Source: Bacteroidota bacterium (GTDB taxonomy: Bacteria > Bacteroidota > Bacteroidia > Chitinophagales > Chitinophagaceae). Taken from it: 64,000 bases of DNA. Below the pieces are notes generated by a model. That model saw nothing but the letters and a program-made list of their open reading frames with translations, was not told the origin of the DNA and ran no database searches. The position numbers and the translations under genes are program-made. The DNA lies in assembly GCA_018266555.1 (NCBI GenBank), contig JAFEAF010000014.1:98181-162180 (forward strand). The letters are read 5' to 3'. Positions 1 through 10,682 of the stretch are shown in pieces. Numbering within the stretch: the first letter of the stretch is position 1; each line of letters begins with the position of its first letter.

Positions 1-1065
1 GGAAATATACCCTACCGCTCCGGAAAAAATCCCTCGTTTCGTCTTTTCAAATTGTTCAATCAGCTGCATTACATTTCTTTTGGGCGCTCCTGTCATGGAT
101 CCCATCGGGAAGGTAGCTTTGATAATATCAATAAAAGAAATCTCTTTTTTTAGTGTCCCGGTTACAGTTGAAATCATTTGATGCACCTGCGGAAAAGTAT
201 AAACTCCAAACAACTCCTCGACTCCAACGGTACCTTCTTCACAAATTTTAGACAAATCATTTCTCACCAGGTCTACCACCATCACATTTTCAGATTTTTC
301 CTTTGAGCTTTTATATAATGCTTCTTTACTTAATGCATCCAAAAGATCATCTCCTGGAATCCTCCGGGACGTTCCTTTGATGGGCTGAGAAAGAATCTTA
401 TTTCCTGATTTTTTTAAAAACCGTTCCGGGCTTGCACATATCAACCATTTGTCGTAAACTCTGTATAAAGCAGAAAACGGGTTTGGAGAAATCTGATTTA
501 ATCTATCATAAATTATTATTGGCTTAATTACTGCATTAGCAGCAAAAAATTCCTGGCAAAAATTAATTTCATAACAATCACCCCGGATGATATGCCGTTT
601 CAGTTGGTTAAGAATGCTGCAATATTCTTCTTTTGAAATCTTATTCTCAATTTTAAACAGGTTGCCGGGATCTTCTGAAAATTCTGAAGTTATCTTATTG
701 ATTGCATCAAATATTTTTTCAGGTGCTTCTCCTTCAATGGCCATTTCAGTATCATTTAATCTGATGATTATCTCCGGTTGAAAGAAAAAAAAATCGGGAA
801 ATTGAATATGATCAGGAAGCACCGAAGAAAGTCCTTCAATTTCGTTTTTTAAGTCATACCCTAGATGACCAAACAGCCATGAAGGTTTCGATTCAATAAA
901 GGATTGCAGATCTGTCAATAATATTTTGGCGTCCGCAGTAATCATCCTTTTCACACCGGCTGCGGCAATACACTCCATGCTGTGTGGCTGTATCCGGTAC
1001 TGATGATTGTCCAGCAGGCAAAAGACATCAAACTGTTGAATCCAATTCAACAATCGTCGCTTCAT
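1..1065 (-). CDS. pabB: aminodeoxychorismate (or anthranilate) synthase component I, a chorismate-binding enzyme; the 3' end runs off the left window edge
   Basis: Absent from the ORF track because there is no stop codon in the window. My minus-strand translation from the ATG at 1065-1063 reads MKRRLLNWIQQFDVF...SPERFLKK...PIKGTSRR...VMVVDLVRNDLSKI...ATFPMGSMTGAPK...GIFSGAVGYIS. It is exactly 355 codons in frame and carries the family motifs PIKGT, DLxRND and GSxTGAPK. Confidence 0.8.
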   Translation of the reverse strand, partial: MKRRLLNWIQQFDVFCLLDNHQYRIQPHSMECIAAAGVKRMITADAKILLTDLQSFIESKPSWLFGHLGYDLKNEIEGLSSVLPDHIQFPDFFFFQPEIIIRLNDTEMAIEGEAPEKIFDAINKITSEFSEDPGNLFKIENKISKEEYCSILNQLKRHIIRGDCYEINFCQEFFAANAVIKPIIIYDRLNQISPNPFSALYRVYDKWLICASPERFLKKSGNKILSQPIKGTSRRIPGDDLLDALSKEALYKSSKEKSENVMVVDLVRNDLSKICEEGTVGVEELFGVYTFPQVHQMISTVTGTLKKEISFIDIIKATFPMGSMTGAPKRNVMQLIEQFEKTKRGIFSGAVGYIS

Positions 1066-1143
1066 TATATGAAGATCATGAATAGGAAAAATACAGCTTG
1101 ATAGGTTGGTGTCACGCAATGTATAAGAAAAGATCAGGTTACA

Positions 1144-1584
1144 TCAGTAGTCATCCTCTTCTTCCTCGAAACCATCATCATTAAAAAGATCCATATCTTT
1201 AAATTCATCATCCATTTTAAATTCATCATCCTCTTCCTGGCCTTTTTTACCATGGCCACCGCCACTTTTTTTGACTTTTGATTTTGGCATATCAAACTCT
1301 TCAAAGTCAGGATCCCATTCTTCCTCTTCTTCTACCTTATCCCAGTCATCCACTTCATCCTCACTTTCATCATCCTCGTCATCATCAGAGTTTTTACTTT
1401 TTTTGGATGAAGCTTTACTTCCTTTTTTAGAAGAAGCTTCTGCTTCAGCTTCATCTTCCAAATCTTCATCATCCTCTTCCATTTGTTTTTTAGATTTAGA
1501 CGAAGCTTTCTTTTCCGAATCTTTTCCGGACTGGGTACCCGTTTTTCCCGTGGGCTTTTTTTCCTTATCGGATTTTGATGCCAT
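1144..1584 (-). CDS. hyper-acidic low-complexity protein (146 aa, D/E/K/S-rich), function unknown
   Basis: The ORF MASKSDKEKKPTGK...DDDEDDESEDEVDDWDKVEEEEEWDPDFEEFDM...FNDDGFEEEEDDY sits in the same orientation as its neighbours. The opposite-strand ORF (1271-1591) is a Ser-rich mirror artefact. Confidence 0.6.
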   Translation of the reverse strand: MASKSDKEKKPTGKTGTQSGKDSEKKASSKSKKQMEEDDEDLEDEAEAEASSKKGSKASSKKSKNSDDDEDDESEDEVDDWDKVEEEEEWDPDFEEFDMPKSKVKKSGGGHGKKGQEEDDEFKMDDEFKDMDLFNDDGFEEEEDDY

Positions 1585-1670
1585 AGTATAATAGGATTAA
1601 TTGTGTAAAATTTCAGCGAAGTTTTTAATTCGCCAAATTTTTAAATAAAATTTTTTGGATAAATATAATT

Positions 1671-2945
<1,275 letters not shown>

Positions 2946-3114
2946 TTAAATTCAAAAGCGCAAAAATAACTCATGAATGAACGGTTAGCGAATTAAACCT
3001 TTGCCGGTTGTGACTTTTTTATTCACACTTTTTGCCTGCAAAGGCAATAAATACTTTTTAAATACTCATTTCTGCATGAAGTCTTTGAAAAATTTAATAC
3101 TATGAAATTTTTCA

Positions 3115-5364
3115 TCAGGAAATTTCCTGTGTGTCAAAGCGTTCTACAGACTCAATTCCGGGTAGTCCTTTTAAACGTTGTACCAGGTTATCAAGTTCTT
3201 CCTTATCGTGTACATATAATTTAATATTGCCTTCAAACAAACCTTCTTTTGCTTCAATTGTGATGGCTGAAATATTTATTTTCATTTCACCGGAAATCAG
3301 GTTTGTGATTTTGCTTACTACTCCCACATCGTCCAACCCAACAATTTTTAAACCGGTTAGAAATGAAATCTCTTTGTTTTTAGCCCATTTTGTTTTCACG
3401 ACTCTGTGCCCATAGCTTGCCAGGAGTTTAGCAGCGTTGGGACAATTGGTACGGTGAATAGTAAGCCCTTTTCCGGTTGTTACAAACCCAAATACATCAT
3501 CACCCGGAATGGGTTTACAACAATTAGCAAGATTATAAACAATCCTGTCGCTGCTTTCGCCAAAAATGATTAACTCGGTATCCTTTTTAGGAATAGTAGT
3601 TGATTGATGAGTAATCATTTCGGCTCGTTGATCGGCAACGGGTCTCAAAGGTTTTGGCGGTTCTATTTTATCACCAAGCACTTTAAAATCCTTTAGTTCT
3701 TTGAGATCAATATTTTTTACAGCTACCTGGTAAAAAAGATCAAGAGGTGAAGACAACTTATACCATTGCACCAGTTCATCAATATTATATTGGGAAAATG
3801 CAGCATTTAGACCTTCTAATTTTCGTTGCACCGCATATTTTCCATCTTCTGCTACTTTTCTTTTTTCTTCCTTCAATGCATCACGGATCCTGCCTTTTGC
3901 TTTGGAGGTAACAACAAAATTTAGCCAATCTTCCGAGGGTTTTTGTTTGTTGGATGTTATGATTTCGACCTGGTCGCCACTTCTGAGCTTATGACTGATG
4001 GGCACAAGTTTATGATTGACTTTAGCGCCGATTGTTTTTACGCCGATCATACTATGAATTGAAAAAGCAAAATCCAGCGCCGAGGATCCAACAGGCAGCA
4101 TTTTTACATCACCTTTCGGTGTATATACATATATTTCTTCTGCAAGAAAACTTGTTTTAAAATCCTGCAAAAAGTCAATTCCATCTGTATCCTGGCTGCT
4201 GATCATTTCCCTGATCTGTTGAAACCATTTTTCAAATCGTCCTTCATCTGATGTACCTTCTTTATACTTCCAGTGTGCTGCTAATCCTTTTTCTGCAATT
4301 TCATTCATTCGCCTGCTACGGATCTGTACTTCCACCCAGCGACCTTCAGGGCCCATTACTGTGGTATGCAGTGCCTCATAGCCATTGGATTTGGGGTTGC
4401 TTAACCAGTCTCTCAATCGTTCGGGTGCAGGTGTGTATTCATCCGTAATCATGGAATAAATTTTCCAGCAATCCTCTTTTTCTTTATCGGGAGGAGAATC
4501 TACAATAACACGAATAGCAAAAAGGTCATATACTTCCTCAAATGACACACCTTTCTTTTTCATTTTGGTCCAAATGGAATGAATGCTTTTAGGACGACCG
4601 TAAATCTCCGCAGCGAAATGATTTTTTTCTAACTCCTCTTTTAACGGCTTTATAAACTCATTGATATAGCGGGTGCGTTCTCTTTTTGTTTCAGCAAGTT
4701 TTTTAACGATTTCACGGTAAGCATCGGGCTCCAGGTATTTCATAGCCAGGTCTTCCATTTCTGTTTTGATATTGTACAATCCCATCCTATGAGCTAAAGG
4801 AGCATAAACATAGACTGTTTCGGAAGCAATTTTTAATTGTTTTTCTCTTTTTACACTGTCCAGGGTTCTCATATTATGAAGACGATCAGACAGTTTGATA
4901 AGTATAACCCGTGGATCATCTGTAAGTGTAAGTAATATTTTTTTGAAATTTTCAGCCTGCTTCGATGCATTGACATCAATTACGTTTGAAATTTTTGTCA
5001 ACCCATCTACAATCCTGGCAATTTCATTCCCAAATTCCCGCTCCACATCCTCCAGAGAAATGTCCGTGTCTTCAACAGTATCATGCATCAGGGAACAAAT
5101 TGTAGAACGAACGCCTAAGCCAATCTCTTCCACGCAAATTTTTGCTACTGCAATGGGATGTAAAATATAAGGTTCACCGCTTTTTCGCCGCATGGTTTTA
5201 TGAGCATCTGCAGCCATTTCAAATGCAGTTCGTATTAAATCTTTGTCACCGGGCTTCAATTTAGCCTTTAAAGAGCGAAGCAAAGAACGGTATTCCCGCA
5301 GGATCAATTTCTTTTCCTGTTCTTGATTCAGATTATATTTCGGTACCTGTGCAATAGTTTCCAT
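3115..5364 (-). CDS. relA: bifunctional (p)ppGpp synthetase/hydrolase of the RelA/SpoT family
   Basis: HD hydrolase region (YILHPIAVAKI...LMHDTVEDT), synthetase region (GRPKSIHSIWTKMKKK, FAIRVIV, YEALHTTV), then TGS- and ACT-like C-terminal regions; 749 aa. Confidence 0.95.
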   Translation of the reverse strand: METIAQVPKYNLNQEQEKKLILREYRSLLRSLKAKLKPGDKDLIRTAFEMAADAHKTMRRKSGEPYILHPIAVAKICVEEIGLGVRSTICSLMHDTVEDTDISLEDVEREFGNEIARIVDGLTKISNVIDVNASKQAENFKKILLTLTDDPRVILIKLSDRLHNMRTLDSVKREKQLKIASETVYVYAPLAHRMGLYNIKTEMEDLAMKYLEPDAYREIVKKLAETKRERTRYINEFIKPLKEELEKNHFAAEIYGRPKSIHSIWTKMKKKGVSFEEVYDLFAIRVIVDSPPDKEKEDCWKIYSMITDEYTPAPERLRDWLSNPKSNGYEALHTTVMGPEGRWVEVQIRSRRMNEIAEKGLAAHWKYKEGTSDEGRFEKWFQQIREMISSQDTDGIDFLQDFKTSFLAEEIYVYTPKGDVKMLPVGSSALDFAFSIHSMIGVKTIGAKVNHKLVPISHKLRSGDQVEIITSNKQKPSEDWLNFVVTSKAKGRIRDALKEEKRKVAEDGKYAVQRKLEGLNAAFSQYNIDELVQWYKLSSPLDLFYQVAVKNIDLKELKDFKVLGDKIEPPKPLRPVADQRAEMITHQSTTIPKKDTELIIFGESSDRIVYNLANCCKPIPGDDVFGFVTTGKGLTIHRTNCPNAAKLLASYGHRVVKTKWAKNKEISFLTGLKIVGLDDVGVVSKITNLISGEMKINISAITIEAKEGLFEGNIKLYVHDKEELDNLVQRLKGLPGIESVERFDTQEIS

Positions 5365-5601
5365 TCATTCAAATTTACGCAAAAGAAATGCCTTGCAGAA
5401 AGTCGGGGCAAATGAACTACATTTGCAGCCCAATTTTCAGGTATAGAATCAATAATTCCAATATTCCTGTTTATTGACATAACAAGGTTGGGATAAGGAT
5501 ATGGGTGTGGTGAACCGAGCTGCTGTCAGGCTATATCGGTTAAATTACTACACCAGGTGAAACAATATAGGATTAAGGTAGATATGATCATTAATTTTCA
5601 T

Positions 5602-5683
5602 GCGGGTGTGGTGAAATTGGTAGACATACCAGACTTAGGATCTGGCGCCGCAAGGCATGGGGGTTCGAGTCCCTCCACCCGCA
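5602..5683 (+). tRNA. tRNA-Leu, anticodon TAG (5636-5638)
   Basis: Cloverleaf read by hand. Acceptor stem GCGGGTG/CACCCGC plus discriminator A. Anticodon stem CCAGA/TCTGG with loop CTTAGGA. Long variable arm (class II). T-arm GGGGG-TTCGAGT-CCCTC. CCA is not encoded. Confidence 0.95.
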
Positions 5684-5774
5684 CAAAAAGGATCAAGGTT
5701 AAAAAAGGTTAGAAAAGTTTACTAAAAATAAACCTTACAATCAACTTGAACTTTTAAACTTTTAATTTTCTACA

Positions 5775-7151
5775 ATGGCTACTGTTACGAAAGAAAACAT
5801 TGGTTTGCTCCATGAAAAAATAACCGTAAAGCTGGAAAAAACAGATTACCTGCCATCATTTGAAAAAGCTTTAAAGGATTATTCGAAGAAAGCAAATATC
5901 CCCGGATTCCGGAAAGGAATGGTTCCTGCTGGCCTGATTAAAAAAATGTACGGCACCTCTGTTTTTACAGACGAAGTGCTTCGCTCGGTGGATAGGGAAC
6001 TGATTAAATATCTTGAAACCGATAAGTTAAACATATTTGCACACCCCCTGCCCCTTGAATCAGATATTCGTCAATTAGATCTGAATAATCCTGCTGAATA
6101 CATTTTTCATTTTGAAGTGGGTATGAAACCTGAGTTTACATTACCGGACCTTTCCAAAGCAAAAACCACCCGATACAAAGTAGTAGTAACTGATGAGATG
6201 ATAGACAATGAAATTTCCCGTCTTCAGAACCGTCATGGGAACATGAAAGATGAGGAAATAGTAGCCACTGATGAAAACGTTTTAAATGTAACTTTTATAG
6301 AATCAGATGCCGCCGGAACAGAAACGGAAGGAGGTATTAAAAAAGATAATTCGCTTTTAGTAAAATATTTTACTGAAAGTTATAGAAAAGTACTTTCCGG
6401 GAAAAAAGCAGGTGACTATGTTTTGTTGCAGCTTCGCAATGCGTTTGATGAAAAAGAAAGGAATTGGATATTAGAAGATCTGGGACTAAACAAAGATGAT
6501 GCTGCCTCTACAGAAAAATATTTCAAACTAATCATTACTAAGATCGGGCTCCTGGAAAAAAGAGAACTAAATGAAGAATTCTTCAAACAACTGTATCCGA
6601 ATCTTGAACTAAAAACCCAGGAGGATTTCCGGAATAAAGTGAAAGAAGAAATTCAAGCTTATTGGGATAGCCAGGCTCGCAACCAGATTCAGGACCAGGC
6701 CTATCATGAACTTCTAGATCACACCATGATCAATTTTCCTGAAGCATTTTTAAAAAAATGGGTGAAAACGCAAGGAGAAAAAGTGAAATCAGATGAAGAA
6801 TTAGAAAAAGAATTTCCGGTTTTTATCAATCAGTTGAAATGGACACTTATTACAGATAAGATAGTTAAAGAAAATAATATTGAAGTACAGCCGGATGAAC
6901 TCCAAAATTTTGCTCATCAGCAATTACTCGGATATATGGGTATGAATGTACCTGACGAACAACAGGGATGGATGAAAGACTATGTAGAAAAAATGATGAA
7001 AGACCGTAAATATGTTGAGGATGCATTCAACAGAATACAGACACAAAAAATATTTGAATGGGCAGAACAACAGGCTAAACCCGTTGAAAAAGAAATCAGC
7101 GCAGAAGAATTTACAAAAATGGCAGAGGCACATCAACATCATCATCACTAA
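5775..7151 (+). CDS. tig: trigger factor (ribosome-associated peptidyl-prolyl isomerase/chaperone)
   Basis: 458 aa. The N-terminal ribosome-binding region contains IPGFRKGMVP (GFRxGxxP signature). The gene lies immediately upstream of clpP-clpX, the classical tig-clpP-clpX order. Confidence 0.93.
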   Translation: MATVTKENIGLLHEKITVKLEKTDYLPSFEKALKDYSKKANIPGFRKGMVPAGLIKKMYGTSVFTDEVLRSVDRELIKYLETDKLNIFAHPLPLESDIRQLDLNNPAEYIFHFEVGMKPEFTLPDLSKAKTTRYKVVVTDEMIDNEISRLQNRHGNMKDEEIVATDENVLNVTFIESDAAGTETEGGIKKDNSLLVKYFTESYRKVLSGKKAGDYVLLQLRNAFDEKERNWILEDLGLNKDDAASTEKYFKLIITKIGLLEKRELNEEFFKQLYPNLELKTQEDFRNKVKEEIQAYWDSQARNQIQDQAYHELLDHTMINFPEAFLKKWVKTQGEKVKSDEELEKEFPVFINQLKWTLITDKIVKENNIEVQPDELQNFAHQQLLGYMGMNVPDEQQGWMKDYVEKMMKDRKYVEDAFNRIQTQKIFEWAEQQAKPVEKEISAEEFTKMAEAHQHHHH

Positions 7152-7343
7152 ACCTCAATGCCTGTTGAGGAGTTATTAAAACATCATTACGGGGATCATT
7201 CTTTTTGTGCCATTTCGTCCTTTAAAATACTCCATTTTTGAAATCCAGGTAATTCATGGCATCATTCGTGACCGAATTTTGCGGTTTTGGCATTTGGACG
7301 GATATTTGATACACAAAACCAATACCTCAATAAAAAAAAGAAT

Positions 7344-8036
7344 ATGAGTTTTCAATCAGAATTTGAAAAGTACGCTGTGAAACACAGGGGATTATCCAGC
7401 AATACACTGAACAGTTATGCATCTCATCTTGTAACAGCCCTTACACCTAATATCATTGAAGAACGTCCAATGAATGTGGCTGTAATGGATGTATATAGTC
7501 GCCTGATGATGGACCGGATTATTTTCCTCGGCTACCCGATCAATGATGAAGTAGCAAATATTGTTACCGCCCAATTGCTTTTCCTTGATTCAACTGACAG
7601 GACAAGAGATATCAATATGTATATAAACAGTCCCGGGGGGAGTGTTTATTCGGGATTAGGGGTTTATGATACCATGCAATATGTTACGCCAAATGTTGCT
7701 ACGATATGTATTGGCATTGCTGCATCTATGGCATCTGTATTACTTGCCTCGGGCACTCATGGCAAAAGAGTCGCATTAAAACATTCCAGGATAATGATGC
7801 ATCAGCCAAGTGGATCTATTGGCGGGCAGGCCAGTGACATTGAGATTACAGTTGCAGAAATTAAAAAACTGAAATCAGAACTTTACGAGGTAATCAGCAA
7901 CCATACGGGCAAGCCTGTTAAACAAATTGAAACAGATTTTGATAGGGATCACTGGATGACTGCGGCTGAAGCTAAAGAATACGGATTTGTAGATGAAGTA
8001 CTCGTTACAAATCCCCGAAAAGAAAAAAAAGATTAA
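7344..8036 (+). CDS. clpP: ATP-dependent Clp protease proteolytic subunit (paralogue 1)
   Basis: Catalytic triad contexts GIAASMASVLL (Ser), MMHQPSG (His) and DFDRDHWMTA (Asp). I place the start at the ATG at 7344 (MSFQSEF...) rather than the alternative start at 7287 given by the track. Confidence 0.93.
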   Translation: MSFQSEFEKYAVKHRGLSSNTLNSYASHLVTALTPNIIEERPMNVAVMDVYSRLMMDRIIFLGYPINDEVANIVTAQLLFLDSTDRTRDINMYINSPGGSVYSGLGVYDTMQYVTPNVATICIGIAASMASVLLASGTHGKRVALKHSRIMMHQPSGSIGGQASDIEITVAEIKKLKSELYEVISNHTGKPVKQIETDFDRDHWMTAAEAKEYGFVDEVLVTNPRKEKKD

Positions 8037-8070
8037 AAGACAACCTTTTTGAAGTTTAAAAAATTAATAA

Positions 8071-8700
8071 ATGAATCCTAAACAATTTTTATACAACGGC
8101 TGGAAAGCAGATGACGAAGAAGAAAAAGATGAACAACCAAAGTCAGACCTGATGATGTTCAGCAAACGTATCGAAAAATATTTTTTTGATCGTCGCAGTG
8201 TGCACCTGTGGGGTGTGGTAGATGATAAGTCTGCAAAAGATATAGTCACTAAATTCTTATTGCTTGATGCGGATAAACCCGGTGAAGAGATTAAGTTTTA
8301 TATCAATAGCCCCGGCGGGGTTGTTACCAGCGGAATGGTTATTTATGACACCATGAAAATGATAAAATCTCCTGTGAGCACAATTTGCATGGGTCTCGCA
8401 GCCTCAATGGGAAGCATCCTGCTTAGTGGAGGAACGAAAGGCAAGAGATATATCTATCCCCATGGAGAGGTTATGATTCATCAGGCTTTATTAGGAGGAT
8501 ATATTCAGGGGGTAAGTGCCGATTTGGAAATTCAGGCAAAACAAACAAAGAGAGTTAAAGAAGTAGGGGCAAAAATTCTTGCCGAAAATTGCGGCAAGAC
8601 CATGCAGCAAATCATGAAAGATTTTGACCGGGATTACTGGATGGATGCTCCCGAGGCAGTTGAATACGGCATAGTAGATCAGGTTATAATTAAGTTATAA
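8071..8700 (+). CDS. second, diverged ClpP-family proteolytic subunit with an acidic N-terminal extension
   Basis: Ser/His/Asp contexts are retained (GLAASMGSILL, VMIHQALLGG, DFDRDYWMDA). A ~45-aa N-terminal extension contains WKADDEEEKDEQPKSD. It is tandem to clpP. Confidence 0.85.
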   Translation: MNPKQFLYNGWKADDEEEKDEQPKSDLMMFSKRIEKYFFDRRSVHLWGVVDDKSAKDIVTKFLLLDADKPGEEIKFYINSPGGVVTSGMVIYDTMKMIKSPVSTICMGLAASMGSILLSGGTKGKRYIYPHGEVMIHQALLGGYIQGVSADLEIQAKQTKRVKEVGAKILAENCGKTMQQIMKDFDRDYWMDAPEAVEYGIVDQVIIKL

Positions 8701-8848
8701 GCCGCTGATTGTAATATAATAACGTATATATTCTTTATAGCGAATAAATTCACCCTTCCATATTTGTCAAATAATGCTGTCCCTGTCAAAATCGTTTTAT
8801 ATTTTTGTGACAGGCAAAATTATTTCTGATTAGTTAGCTATAACCTAA

Positions 8849-10090
8849 ATGGCGAAAAATCCTCTTCATTGTTCATTTTGTGGCCGCAGCCGAGATGAAG
8901 TTAAAATACTCATTGCTGGTCAGGAAGGTCATATTTGCGAAAATTGTGTTGAGCATGCCCGGGAAATTATCGAACAGGAACTGATGATCCGGGATGAAAA
9001 GACAGGTGCTACTTTCAAACTGACCGTTAAAAAGCCGATGGAAATAAAAAAATTCCTCGACGAATATGTTATTGGGCAGGACGATGCAAAAAAAGTTTTA
9101 TCTGTTGCCGTTTACAATCATTATAAAAGATTACAACAAAAAATTTCTGAAACCACCCCCGGTGATATTGAGATAGAAAAAAGCAATATCATCATGGTAG
9201 GTGAAACCGGGACAGGTAAAACCTTATTGGCAAAAACAATTGCCCGTTTGCTGAATGTTCCTTTTACAATTGTAGATGCTACTGTTTTTACCGAAGCAGG
9301 GTATGTGGGTGAAGATGTCGAAAGCATTCTGACAAGATTACTGCAGGTTTGCAACTATGATGTAGCTGCCGCAGAACGTGGAATAGTATATATAGACGAA
9401 ATAGATAAAATTGCTCGCAAAGGAGATAATCCATCTATTACAAGGGATGTAAGCGGAGAAGGCGTTCAGCAAGGATTGCTGAAGTTACTTGAAGGAACTG
9501 ACGTGTTGGTTCCCCCGCAAGGCGGGCGCAAGCATCCTGAACAAAAACTCATCAAGATCAATACTCAGAATATTCTTTTCGTGTGCGGAGGTGCTTTTGA
9601 TGGCATAGATAAAGTAATTGCCCGCCGGGTGCAAACCAATACAATTGGATTTAATGTGGATAAAGAATTGCAGGAGAACATGAAAAAAAATCTTCTGAGT
9701 TATATCAATGCACAGGATCTGAAATCTTTTGGTTTAATCCCTGAACTACTGGGCCGTCTTCCTGTAGTTACACATCTTAATCCCCTCGATGCTGAAACGC
9801 TAAGAGCAATTCTTACAGAACCGAAGAATGCATTAGTGAAACAATATAAAAAATTATTTGAGTTAGAAGGAATTCAATTGATCATTGAGGATGAAGTGCT
9901 TTCTTTCATGGTAGAAAAAGCGGTAGAATATAAATTAGGAGCAAGAGGCTTGCGCAGCATCTGCGAAAGTATTCTGACCGACGCCATGTTTGAACTTCCC
10001 TCTTCCAAGCAAAGCCAGTTTACGCTGGATATTGAATACGCCAAAAGGAAATTTGATAAGAGCAAATTAAGCTTGTTGAAAGTAGCATAA
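8849..10090 (+). CDS. clpX: ATP-dependent Clp protease ATP-binding subunit ClpX
   Basis: N-terminal zinc ribbon CSFCGR...CENC; Walker A GETGTGKT; Walker B VYIDEIDK; GYVGEDVE pore loop; 413 aa. Confidence 0.97.
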   Translation: MAKNPLHCSFCGRSRDEVKILIAGQEGHICENCVEHAREIIEQELMIRDEKTGATFKLTVKKPMEIKKFLDEYVIGQDDAKKVLSVAVYNHYKRLQQKISETTPGDIEIEKSNIIMVGETGTGKTLLAKTIARLLNVPFTIVDATVFTEAGYVGEDVESILTRLLQVCNYDVAAAERGIVYIDEIDKIARKGDNPSITRDVSGEGVQQGLLKLLEGTDVLVPPQGGRKHPEQKLIKINTQNILFVCGGAFDGIDKVIARRVQTNTIGFNVDKELQENMKKNLLSYINAQDLKSFGLIPELLGRLPVVTHLNPLDAETLRAILTEPKNALVKQYKKLFELEGIQLIIEDEVLSFMVEKAVEYKLGARGLRSICESILTDAMFELPSSKQSQFTLDIEYAKRKFDKSKLSLLKVA

Positions 10091-10129
10091 AAACAGGATT
10101 CAACAGATTTAATGGTTTATTTGGATATT

Positions 10130-10160
10130 TGGCCAGGTATTGAATCTGGCCATTTTTTTT
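10130..10160 (+). terminator. rho-independent terminator after clpX
   Basis: 7-bp perfect stem TGGCCAG (10130-10136) / CTGGCCA (10146-10152), 9-nt loop, followed by a T8 run (10153-10160). Confidence 0.7.
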
Positions 10161-10171
10161 AATACAATAAT

Positions 10172-10315
10172 ATGCAAGAATTAATTGACAAACTGAAAAC
10201 CGAAGCGGGTCTTACTGATGAGCAAGCCCAAAAAGCTTTAACTACAATCAAAAATTTTGTGATAGAAAAATTTCCGATGTTGGAAGGCGCCGTGAATAAC
10301 ATTTTCGGCTACTGA
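10172..10315 (+). CDS. small hypothetical protein (47 aa)
   Basis: Below the track cutoff. ATG at 10172, TGA at 10313-10315. Translation: MQELIDKLKTEAGLTDEQAQKALTTIKNFVIEKFPMLEGAVNNIFGY. The composition is helical and non-low-complexity, and the ORF lies just after the clpX terminator. Confidence 0.4.
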   Translation: MQELIDKLKTEAGLTDEQAQKALTTIKNFVIEKFPMLEGAVNNIFGY

Positions 10316-10324
10316 TTTCACAAA

Positions 10325-10444
10325 CTATTTTACATTTTTGAATGTTCTGAAATGACGATTTGCGGCATCATACGGAGTGAATGAGCGGCTACATGCCTGC
10401 AGAAGAAACGCCATTAGGATAAGGAGTATAATTCTTGTTTTCAT
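10325..10444 (-). CDS. candidate small lipoprotein (39 aa)
   Basis: Below the track cutoff. Minus-strand translation: MKTRIILLILMAFLLQACSRSFTPYDAANRHFRTFKNVK. It has a basic N-terminus, a hydrophobic core and a lipobox-like LQAC. Confidence 0.3.
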   Translation of the reverse strand: MKTRIILLILMAFLLQACSRSFTPYDAANRHFRTFKNVK

Positions 10445-10569
10445 AGATCACAGATTTTGTATTTCAAAATTACAATTAATGAAAATAAATGATTGCAAAG
10501 AAACACTTCTGAAATTTTCATAATTATTTAGGGAATTCACTCCAGACTGAATAGTAAAAGATGCTGCGC

Positions 10570-10601
10570 AAAAAAAGCATCCCGGCAAAATTGCCGGGAT
10601 G
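10570..10601 (-). terminator. putative rho-independent terminator downstream of nrdJ
   Basis: Inverted repeat CATCCCGGC...GCCGGGATG (10578-10601). On the minus strand it is followed by a T7 run (A7 on the plus strand, 10570-10576). Confidence 0.6.
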
Positions 10602-10682
10602 GAATTTAAGGGGTACCGTCTTATATGGTTTTCCGTCCTATACAGTTTTTATCTTTCCTTCCGGAAAGATGATTATAATGTT

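Noticed and set aside
1271-1591. 106-aa Ser-rich ORF on the plus strand
   Set aside because: It is the exact antisense shadow of the acidic ORF (GAn/TCn repeats read on the other strand). Neighbour orientation and a clean start and stop favour the minus-strand ORF.
5497-5580. Stretch GGGTGTGGTGAA resembling the 5' end of the downstream tRNA-Leu, considered as a second tRNA or att-site remnant
   Set aside because: No T-loop (GTTCGA) or anticodon arm can be folded. Only about 12 nt match, and they match the 5' rather than the 3' part of the tRNA, which is not the usual integration footprint.
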